A DNA stretch of 61,998 nucleotides from NCBI GenBank assembly GCA_012521815.1, contig JAAYLR010000235.1:1-61998 (forward strand). The letters are read 5' to 3'. The stretch is from Acidobacteriota bacterium (GTDB lineage Bacteria; Acidobacteriota; Thermoanaerobaculia; Multivoradales; JAGPDF01). Position 1 is the stretch's first letter, and each line of letters opens with the position of its first letter. This document shows positions 29,764 to 37,225 of the stretch, one piece after another. The notes beneath the pieces were generated by a model. It saw nothing but the letters and a program-made list of their open reading frames with translations, made no database searches and was not told where the DNA came from. A program made the position numbers and the translations under genes.

Positions 29764-30159
29764 CTACCGCGCCGTGAGGTGCCGCGCCACGAGGTAGAGC
29801 CAGTTGGCGCCGAGCGCCGCGGCGAGCGGCCACCGCCACCGGTGCGGCCAGCCCGGCAAAAGTGGCAGCGGGCGCCCGGCCAGGCGGAGGAGGAGCGCGG
29901 CGAGGCCGCCGGCGACGGCGGCGCCCCAGCCGAGGGCGGCGAGCGGGTTGACCGCGAGCGCCGCGAGCGGGCGGCCCTCGGCGAGAGAGAGCGCCGCCCG
30001 CGTCGTCCCGCAGGCCGCGCAGGGCAGACCCGTGAGGGCGAGAAACGGACAGGGTGGCAGCGCCGCCGCCAGCCAGGGGCCGAACGGGGCGAGCGCGAGC
30101 AGCAGGAGCGCCGCGCCGCCCCAGAGCAGACCGAGCTGGCGGACGGAGGCGTCGGCCAC
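29764..30159 (-). CDS. DUF2752 family membrane protein (copy A)
   Basis: 131 aa. It has a CPFLALTGLPCAACGTTRA motif followed by TM helices. Confidence 0.7.
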   Translation of the reverse strand: MADASVRQLGLLWGGAALLLLALAPFGPWLAAALPPCPFLALTGLPCAACGTTRAALSLAEGRPLAALAVNPLAALGWGAAVAGGLAALLLRLAGRPLPLLPGWPHRWRWPLAAALGANWLYLVARHLTAR

Positions 30160-30160
30160 C

Positions 30161-30895
30161 TCAGAACCCGCCGGCGCCCTTGATGGCTCCCGCGATCAGC
30201 CCGCCCGCCAGGATGGCGGCGAACAGGGCGCAGACGCAGCAGAGCACGAGCGGCGCGAAGACCGCCGCGAGCGCCCGCCCCTGCGTGGTGCGGTGGAGCC
30301 GGGCGAGCCCGAGGACGAGGAGCACGATCGCCCAGATCGTCCCCGCCAGCGGCCCCACGATCGGCACGAGGTTGGCGAGCTGGGTCACCGAGGAGTAGCC
30401 GACGACGCGGAACGTCCCTTCGAAACCGGAAGGCGACTGCTGGAGGCCGCCGAAGAGGAGGAGGAAGAGGTGGGTGATCCCGGCGCCGATCAGGAGCCCG
30501 ATCATCGTCATGATCGGTACGAGGATGAGCTGGAAGAAGAACCCGCCGGCCGCGATCGCCGCGGCGGCACCGGCCTGCTCGCCGAGATCGCCGGGCAGCA
30601 TCGCGAGCCAGTTCGTCGGCTTGAACGCGAACGACCAGAGTCCGGAGAAGAGCGCCCCGAGGATGGCCGAGACGATGGCGAAGAGGAGCGGGCTCGCGTA
30701 GTCGCCGCGCTCGCGCATCCGGGCGAAGGCCGCCGCCGGCGCGGTGAGGAGCTCGCGCACGCCGCCGAGGTAGGCGTTGACGAAGCCGAGCCGGGCGCGG
30801 TCTTCCCAGGGGAACGGGTTCCCGGCGGGGCCCGAGGGAGGGAACGGCGGTGGCGGCGGCGGGGGGGGCGCGAGCGGGTTCAGGTCGGTCGTCAT
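30161..30895 (-). CDS. Yip1-domain membrane protein with a polyproline N-terminus
   Basis: 244 aa. The sequence reads LAPPPPPPPPFPP...NPFPWEDR...F.NAYLGGVRELL, followed by 5 TM helices. Confidence 0.7.
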   Translation of the reverse strand: MTTDLNPLAPPPPPPPPFPPSGPAGNPFPWEDRARLGFVNAYLGGVRELLTAPAAAFARMRERGDYASPLLFAIVSAILGALFSGLWSFAFKPTNWLAMLPGDLGEQAGAAAAIAAGGFFFQLILVPIMTMIGLLIGAGITHLFLLLFGGLQQSPSGFEGTFRVVGYSSVTQLANLVPIVGPLAGTIWAIVLLVLGLARLHRTTQGRALAAVFAPLVLCCVCALFAAILAGGLIAGAIKGAGGF

Positions 30896-30922
30896 CGTGC
30901 TCTCCGGGCTGGGCCCGGCCCG

Positions 30923-31330
30923 TCAGTGGGCGAGGCCGGTGAAAGGCAGCAGGCAGAGGGTGCCGAGGGAGACGGCCACCTCCGTGGCGATGAAACGGGG
31001 CCCCGGCCGCCACCGCCAGGGCAGGGCGAGCAGGGTGCGCAGGACGATCTGGGCGGCGATCCAGAGGGCGTAGAGGACGCCGGTCGGGTGGAGGCGCCAG
31101 GCGCCGGCGGGATCGCCCCGCAGCGCGAGGACGAAGGCGCGGCCCGAACCGCAGCCGCCGCACGGCTCGCCGGTGGTGCGCTTGACGAAGCAGAGCTCGG
31201 GCAGGCGCCGCCCGGAGCCGGGCAGCGCGAGCCCTTCGCCGTCCGGTGTCAGTTGGAGCCGGGAGGCGGCGCCGAGGCCCACGAACAGCAGGAGAGCCAC
31301 GAGGAGGTTCACCTGCCGGTAGGTACTCAT
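30923..31330 (-). CDS. DUF2752 family membrane protein (copy B)
   Basis: 135 aa. It has a CFVKRTTGEPCGGCGSGRA motif plus TM helices and is a paralog-type of 29764..30159. Confidence 0.7.
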   Translation of the reverse strand: MSTYRQVNLLVALLLFVGLGAASRLQLTPDGEGLALPGSGRRLPELCFVKRTTGEPCGGCGSGRAFVLALRGDPAGAWRLHPTGVLYALWIAAQIVLRTLLALPWRWRPGPRFIATEVAVSLGTLCLLPFTGLAH

Positions 31331-31373
31331 CGCCGCAGGAGTCGGTTCCGTCGCGCTCCCGGTATCCGGTAGA

Positions 31374-31412
31374 CGCGCTCGCTGCTCACGGCTGCCGCGA
31401 GCAGCGAGCGCG
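31374..31412 (-). terminator. 14-bp perfect GC-rich inverted repeat between the DUF4870 and DUF2752 genes (attenuator, processing site or terminator candidate)
   Basis: CGCGCTCGCTGCTC-11 nt-GAGCAGCGAGCGCG. There is no U-tract on either strand. Confidence 0.35.
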
Positions 31413-31420
31413 GCGCCGCT

Positions 31421-31786
31421 TCAGAACTTCTCGACGAAGCCCGAGAGGCCGGGGATGATGAACCGCTCGCCCTTCGTCGCCTTGACGATGCCGAGGATCG
31501 CGAGGATCAGCCAGCCGAGGGTGACGAGCGGGTAGATGAAGACGGTCAGACAGCCGACCGTCGGCACCATCCCGAGGATGCTCAGCACGACGAAGACGAC
31601 GATGCAGGCGATCGTGAGCACGAGCCCGTTCTTGGCGTGCCACTGCACCTCGGTGTCGTTCTTCTCGACGAGCAGCGGGATCAGCGCGAGCAGGCCGAGA
31701 TACGAGAGCACGAACATCACGGTGCGGTTGTCGCCGGGCGCGGAGGCGGGCGGCGGTGGCGGCGGAGTGGCAATCGGATCGCTCAT
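31421..31786 (-). CDS. DUF4870-like small membrane protein with a proline-rich N-terminus
   Basis: 121 aa. The sequence reads PPPPPPASAPGDN...YLGLLALIPLLVEKND.EVQWHAKNGLVL, with 3 TM helices. Confidence 0.7.
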   Translation of the reverse strand: MSDPIATPPPPPPASAPGDNRTVMFVLSYLGLLALIPLLVEKNDTEVQWHAKNGLVLTIACIVVFVVLSILGMVPTVGCLTVFIYPLVTLGWLILAILGIVKATKGERFIIPGLSGFVEKF

Positions 31787-31878
31787 TGGCGAGCTCCTCT
31801 GTCGATGAGGGGTGGGACAGCGGCGCTAGCTTAGCCGAGCGCCGCGGCGACGGCAACGTGGTGCCGCCTCGCGGCGGG

Positions 31879-32496
31879 CTAGCCGCGCTCGTGATCCGCG
31901 TTCGCGGGAGCGAGGGTGAGGCCGAGGTTGGCGAGCGCCGCCGCGAGCTCCTCCTGCCGCGCGCGCGGGACGCGCAGTGCGAGCCGCGCCACCTCCCCGT
32001 AGCTCTCGGCGAGCAGCTCGATCCCGGGCAGCGCGAGCAGCCGGCGTACCGCACCGAGCTGGGTGAACGGCGCCTCGATCAGGAGCTCGACCGTCGGCAC
32101 GCGCCGTTCGAGCCTCGCCGCGGCCACCGCCTCGCGCGCCGCGAACCCGTAGGCGCGGGCGAGCCCCCCCTTGCCGAGCTTCGTGCCCCCGAACCAGCGG
32201 GTGACGACGAGGAGCGCGTCGGAGACGCCCGCGCCGGCGAGCGCCCGGAGGATCGGTACCCCCGCCGTGCCGGCCGGCTCGCCGGCATCCGCGGCGCGTT
32301 CGTGCGGCGGGTCGCCGAGCCGCCACGCCCAGCAGTGGTGGGTGGCGTCGGCATCGGCGGCGGCGATCGCGGCGAGCGCCTCCCGGGCGGCGGTCTCGTC
32401 GCGGCACGGCACGAGCCGGGCGCGGAAGCGGGAGCCCCGGTCGCGGACCTCCGCCTCGGCCGGGGCGGCGGGGGCGAGGTAGCCGGCCTCGTCCAT
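31879..32496 (-). CDS. yigZ: YigZ / IMPACT-family (UPF0029) protein
   Basis: ATG at 32496 shares one base with the bshA stop. The sequence reads DRGSRFRA...ATHHCWAWRLG...DAGEPAGTAG.PIL...VVTRWFGGTKLGKGGL.RAY. Confidence 0.75.
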   Translation of the reverse strand: MDEAGYLAPAAPAEAEVRDRGSRFRARLVPCRDETAAREALAAIAAADADATHHCWAWRLGDPPHERAADAGEPAGTAGVPILRALAGAGVSDALLVVTRWFGGTKLGKGGLARAYGFAAREAVAAARLERRVPTVELLIEAPFTQLGAVRRLLALPGIELLAESYGEVARLALRVPRARQEELAAALANLGLTLAPANADHERG

Positions 32497-33629
32497 CAGC
32501 CCCGGGCCGCGGCGATCGCCCGGGCGTAGACCTCGCGGTACCGCTCGACGATCGCCGCCTTGGCGAAGCGCGTCGTGGCCCACTGCCGCCCGTGCGCGGC
32601 AAAGCGGCGGTGCCGCTCCGGGTCGGTGAGGAGCGAGAGCGCGGCGGCCGCCATCCCGTCGACGTCCCCCACCGGCCGGAGGAAGCCGTTCTCCCCGTCG
32701 ACCACGACCTCCGGGAGCCCGCCGGCCCGGCTGGCGACGACCGGCACCGCGCAGGAGAGCGCCTCGAGCGCGGAGAGGCCGAACGACTCGGTCTCCGAGG
32801 GGAGGAGGAAGAGGTCGGCCCCCACGAGCACCTCCTCGATCACCGGGAAGTTGCCGAGGAAGACGACGCGGTCGCAGTCGCCGTGTTCGCGGCAGTGCTG
32901 TTCGATCCGCGCCCGCTCGGGACCGTCGCCGACCAGCAGCAGGCGGGCGGGGAGCCGCGCCGCCACCTGCGCGAAGACCTTCACCACGTCGAGCACCCGC
33001 TTCACCGGCCGGAAGTTCGAGATGTGGACGAGGAGCTTCTCCCCCTCCCGCGCCCAGCGCCGCGCGCCGGGGTGATGGCGGGCCTGCTCGTACCGCTCGG
33101 GATCGATGAAGTTCGGCACCACCTCGATCGCCTTGCCCGCGAGGCAGAGCTGATCGACGGTGGCGTCGCGCAGCGAGGCCGAGACCGCGGTCACCGCGTC
33201 GCTTTCGAGGATCCCCCAGCGGGTGGTGGGGAGGTAGCTCGGATCGTTGCCGATCAGAGTCACGTCGGTGCCGTGGAGGGTGGTGACGACGGGCACCGGA
33301 TGCGGCGCGAGGATCTTCTTCGCGAGCACCGCCGAGACCGCGTTCGGCAGCGCGTAGTGGGCGTGGAGGAGGTCGAGCCGGTGGTGGTGGCAGACGTCCA
33401 CCATCGTGCTCGCGAGCGCGAGCGACCAGGGCGGATACTCGAAGAGCGGGTAGTGAGCGGCGACGACCTCGTGGAAGAAGAGCCGGGGGTTGACGAGCGA
33501 GAGCCGCGTGGGGAGGGCGTAGGAGAGGACGTGGACCTCGTCGCCGCCGGCGGCGAGCGCCATCGCGAGCTCGGTCGCCACGATCCCCGAGCCGCCGTAG
33601 GTGGGGTAGCAGCTGATCCCGATCCTCAT
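32496..33629 (-). CDS. bshA: N-acetyl-alpha-D-glucosaminyl L-malate synthase (bacillithiol glycosyltransferase)
   Basis: 377 aa. The sequence reads MRIGISCYPTYGGSGIVATELAMALA..G.EVHVLSY, with a GT4 C-terminal ESFGLSALEA motif. Confidence 0.85.
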   Translation of the reverse strand: MRIGISCYPTYGGSGIVATELAMALAAGGDEVHVLSYALPTRLSLVNPRLFFHEVVAAHYPLFEYPPWSLALASTMVDVCHHHRLDLLHAHYALPNAVSAVLAKKILAPHPVPVVTTLHGTDVTLIGNDPSYLPTTRWGILESDAVTAVSASLRDATVDQLCLAGKAIEVVPNFIDPERYEQARHHPGARRWAREGEKLLVHISNFRPVKRVLDVVKVFAQVAARLPARLLLVGDGPERARIEQHCREHGDCDRVVFLGNFPVIEEVLVGADLFLLPSETESFGLSALEALSCAVPVVASRAGGLPEVVVDGENGFLRPVGDVDGMAAAALSLLTDPERHRRFAAHGRQWATTRFAKAAIVERYREVYARAIAAARG

Positions 33630-34354
33630 CGCAGCCCTCCGGGCAGGAGCCGGAACGGATCGCCGACCGCGAGCGGCAGCCGGCTCCAGAACGGCTCGCC
33701 GAGCTCGGCGCCGACGAGCATCCCGAAGTGGCGCGCCCGCCCCTCGACCGCCCGCCGGAACTCCCGCGAGGCGACCTTGGTGAGCGGCTCGCTGCGCGCC
33801 GCGGCGCCGTCGCGGTGGATCTGGCTCTCGTAGGCGTCGAGCGCGGCCATCTTCGCCGCCCAGCCGTCGGTCACGTCGACCACGAAGCTCGGCGCGAAAT
33901 CGTCGTGCTGCATGTAGCTGAAGAGCGCCGCCGGCCGGTGCGGCTCGCCCGTGCCCCGCCGCGCGAGCCCGGCGTAGAAGCAGGCGTCGGCGAGCAGCCG
34001 GTGGGCACGGCCGTGATCGGGATGGCGGTCGGCCGGGGTGGGGCCGAGGACGAGCTCGGGCCGCAGCGCCCGCAGGCGGGCGATGAGCGCCTCCTCCTCG
34101 GCCGGGCCGGTGCGCAGCCCGCCGTCGCCGCAGTCGAGGAAGTCGAGGGAAACGGCGCCGAGCGCGGCCGCCGCCCGCTCGGCCTCCGCCCGCCGCTCCG
34201 CGGCGCTGCCGCGGGTGCCCATCTCCCCCGCCGTCAGGTGCAGGATGCCGACGCGCCGCCCGGCGCGGGCGAGCCGGGCGAGGGTCCCCCCGCAGCCGAG
34301 CTCGACGTCGTCCGGATGGGCGCCGACCGCGAGAACGTCGACCGTTGCGCTCAT
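33626..34354 (-). CDS. bshB1: Bacillithiol biosynthesis deacetylase (LmbE/PIG-L family)
   Basis: 242 aa. The sequence reads VLAVGAHPDDVELGCGGTLARL...HLTAGEMGTRG...HPDH. Its stop overlaps the bshA start (ATGA). Confidence 0.8.
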   Translation of the reverse strand: MSATVDVLAVGAHPDDVELGCGGTLARLARAGRRVGILHLTAGEMGTRGSAAERRAEAERAAAALGAVSLDFLDCGDGGLRTGPAEEEALIARLRALRPELVLGPTPADRHPDHGRAHRLLADACFYAGLARRGTGEPHRPAALFSYMQHDDFAPSFVVDVTDGWAAKMAALDAYESQIHRDGAAARSEPLTKVASREFRRAVEGRARHFGMLVGAELGEPFWSRLPLAVGDPFRLLPGGLR

Positions 34355-34391
34355 GCGCGTGACTCTAGACGAAACCGGCCGGCCGGCCCGG

Positions 34392-35984
34392 CTACGGCGT
34401 GATCACCGAGAGCCGGCGCGGATCGAGGTCGAGCTGGGCGAAGAGCGCGGCGATGAGCTCCTCGCCGTGGCGGGCCGGCAGGAGCCCGCCGGTGAGGAGC
34501 CGCTCCTGGGGATGGCCGTCGGGCAGGCAGGCGGTGCGGAGCTGGGCGAAGCGCCGGGTGCGCCCCTCGTCGCGCCGCGCCGCCGCCGCGGCCACCCGCG
34601 TGGCGAAGAGCTCGAGGGAGTGGGCGATCCCGTCGCGGGTCTTCGCGAACGGCCGCTCGAGCTGAGCGTCGAGGGCGACCGCCGGGTCGCGGAGCGCGTC
34701 GAGCGCCGCGAGCACCGTCTCGCGGACCGGGGCGACGAAGTCGCCGCCGGCGCGCTCGCCGAGCTCCCGGGCCGCCCCCTCCGGATCGGTGAGCAGCCGC
34801 GCGAGCGGGATCCCGAGGTCGGCGAGGTGCTGCCGCTGCCGCGCTTCGAGCAGGAGCGCCTGCGGCCGGAGCGTCACCCACGGCGCCGGGATCCCGAGCA
34901 CCCGGTAGACGGCGCTCGCCTGCGCGAGGTAGGCGACCTCGCCGGGCCCCATCACCTGGAGCGTCGTGCCGAGGACCGCGTCCTGGATCGCCGGCCGGGC
35001 GAGCACCCCGGGACCGACGACCGTGGGGTTGCCGGCGAGCGCCTCTTCGAGCTCGGCGATCGGATGCTCGCCGGGAGCGCCGCGGAGCGCGAACCGCCCA
35101 CCCGGCCGCCACTCGATCCGCCGCCGGGCGCCGTCGCGGAGCAGGAAGAGCGGGGAGGCATCCGGCTGCGGCGCCACCTGGAGCGGGAAGCCGGCCGCTT
35201 CGACCGCGCGGTCGGCGGCGGCGAGCGCGGCGGCCACCTCGTCGCGCCGGGCGACGAGCGCTGCCTGCCAGGGGGCCTCGGCGGCCTTCAGCTCGGGGAG
35301 GAGGGCGTCGAGCAGCAGCGGACAGCGGGGGCCGAGCAGGCGGGCGAGGAGCCGCGCGAACGCCTCGCCGAACCGGGCGCCGGGGCGGTACCAGCGGCCG
35401 AGCTCGGCGAGCCAGGCGGCACCCCGCTCGCCGGGCAGGAGCGGGCCGAGCGCGGCGAAGAGGCGCTCCACCCGCGCGCCGAGGGTGCGCAGCCCGACCG
35501 GCAGGAGCGGCGCCGGGTCGGGACCGAGATCGAAGTGGTGGACCGCGTCGCCGGCGGTGAGCACGGCGCGGGTCACCTCCTGCCAGTCGTGGTCCTCGGT
35601 GGCCATCCAGAAGATCGCCACCGCCGGCTCCCCCCGCGCCGTGAGCGCCTCGGCCCAGCGCGTCGCCGCCACCGCCTTCACCAGCGTGTAGAGCGGCCCG
35701 CCGAAGAGGCCGACCTGCTGGCCGGCGACCACCACGCGGGTGGCCGGATCGGCGAGCCGTGCGGCGAGCGCGGCGGCCTCCGGATGGCCGTAGGCGGCGT
35801 TGGTCGTGGCGAGCGCGGCGGCGAGCGCCCGGCGGTCGACCGCCGGCGGCTCCCCGCCGGGCAGCTCGCCCGCGGGCAGGAAGCGGAGCGGCGCGAGCAG
35901 CTCGCCCGCCCGGCCGGCGACGAGCGCCGTGGGCAGCGGTGGCAGCAGCCCCGCGACGGCGAGGTCGAAGCCGGGGTCGCTCAT
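34392..35984 (-). CDS. bshC: Bacillithiol biosynthesis cysteine-adding enzyme
   Basis: 530 aa. It carries the signature VVAGQQVGLFGGPLYTLVKA with a coiled-coil-type C-terminus. Confidence 0.85.
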   Translation of the reverse strand: MSDPGFDLAVAGLLPPLPTALVAGRAGELLAPLRFLPAGELPGGEPPAVDRRALAAALATTNAAYGHPEAAALAARLADPATRVVVAGQQVGLFGGPLYTLVKAVAATRWAEALTARGEPAVAIFWMATEDHDWQEVTRAVLTAGDAVHHFDLGPDPAPLLPVGLRTLGARVERLFAALGPLLPGERGAAWLAELGRWYRPGARFGEAFARLLARLLGPRCPLLLDALLPELKAAEAPWQAALVARRDEVAAALAAADRAVEAAGFPLQVAPQPDASPLFLLRDGARRRIEWRPGGRFALRGAPGEHPIAELEEALAGNPTVVGPGVLARPAIQDAVLGTTLQVMGPGEVAYLAQASAVYRVLGIPAPWVTLRPQALLLEARQRQHLADLGIPLARLLTDPEGAARELGERAGGDFVAPVRETVLAALDALRDPAVALDAQLERPFAKTRDGIAHSLELFATRVAAAAARRDEGRTRRFAQLRTACLPDGHPQERLLTGGLLPARHGEELIAALFAQLDLDPRRLSVITP

Positions 35985-36030
35985 TCCGACGGGGTTCTCC
36001 GGCCGCCCGGGCGGTGGCTACGCCGCGCCC

Positions 36031-37038
36031 TCACCGGCTCCGGGCCCCGACATGGAGGACGAGCTCGGCGAGCCGGTGGGCGTAGCCGTACTCGTTGTCG
36101 TACCAGGCCACGACCCGGAAGAGGCGCGCCCCCGCCTGCTGGAGGAGCGGCAGGTCGACGACCGCCGAGCGGGGCTCGCCCACGAAGTCGGCCGAGACGA
36201 GCTCCTCGTCGGTCACCCCGAGGATCGCCGCCAGCTCGCCCGTGGCGGCGGCGCGGAAGGCGTCGGCGACCGCTTCCCGCGACGCGTCGCGGGCGAGCAG
36301 CACGGTGAGATCGACGAGCGAGCCGGCGACGATCGGCACCCGCATCGCGAGCCCTTCGACCCGCCCCGCCATCTCCGGCATCACCCAGCCGATCGAGGGG
36401 ATCGCGTCCGAGGTGGTGGGGATGATGTTGGCGGGCGCGGCGCGCGCCCGGCGCGGGTCGGGGTGCGCCATGTCCACGAGCTGCTGACTGTTGGTCATGC
36501 AGTGGACGGTGTTCATCAGCGCCCGCTCGACGCCGAAGGCGCGGTCGAGGACGCGCAGGAGCGGGGCGAGGCAGTTGGTGGTGCAGGAGGCGTTCGAGAT
36601 CACCCGGTGGCGCGCCGGGTCGAACGTCTCCTCGTTGATCCCGATGCAGAAGGTGGCGTCGGCGTCGGGCAGGATCGCCGAGACGATCACCCGCTCGACG
36701 CCGCCGCGCAGATGCCCGGCGGCGAGCGCCCGCTGGCGGAAGCGGCCGGTGGCCTCGACCACGATCGCGGGCGCGGTGCCCCCCCAGTCGATCGCCTCCG
36801 GGGTGGCGGCGTTCGAGAGCGGCACCCGCCGCCCGCCGAGCCGCAGCGCCCCCGCCTCCCAGCCGATCTCCTCTTCGGCCCGGCCGTGGACGGTGTCGTA
36901 GCGCAGCAGGTGCGCCACCTGCTCCGGGGTGGCCGGGTCGTTGACGGCCACCAGCTCGAGGCCGGGGTAGCGGGGCGCGACGCGCACGAGGGCGCGTCCC
37001 ACCCGTCCGAGGCCGTTGATGGCGAAGCGTGTGGTCAT
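36031..37038 (-). CDS. gap: Glyceraldehyde-3-phosphate dehydrogenase family protein (divergent phosphate-site region)
   Basis: ATG at 37038. The sequence reads FAINGLGRVGR, SNASCTTNCLAP and TVHCMTNSQQ. The usual STGAAKA segment reads TTSDAIPS. Trimmed from track ORF 36031..37137. Confidence 0.8.
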   Translation of the reverse strand: MTTRFAINGLGRVGRALVRVAPRYPGLELVAVNDPATPEQVAHLLRYDTVHGRAEEEIGWEAGALRLGGRRVPLSNAATPEAIDWGGTAPAIVVEATGRFRQRALAAGHLRGGVERVIVSAILPDADATFCIGINEETFDPARHRVISNASCTTNCLAPLLRVLDRAFGVERALMNTVHCMTNSQQLVDMAHPDPRRARAAPANIIPTTSDAIPSIGWVMPEMAGRVEGLAMRVPIVAGSLVDLTVLLARDASREAVADAFRAAATGELAAILGVTDEELVSADFVGEPRSAVVDLPLLQQAGARLFRVVAWYDNEYGYAHRLAELVLHVGARSR

Positions 37039-37225
37039 GGCGCGAGGCGGCCCGGCGTTGCCAGCGGCGCGTGCGGGCCGTCGGGGGGAAGAATGGTAGC
37101 AGGGGGCGGGCACGGCCGCGCAGAACGGCCTCCCCACCCCGCGGGAGGTGCCCCCGGGGGCGCGGAAGTGTTACCTTTACGGATAGTCGCCGAAGCGGTC
37201 CGATGCTTCGTTCAAGGAGCCTCCG

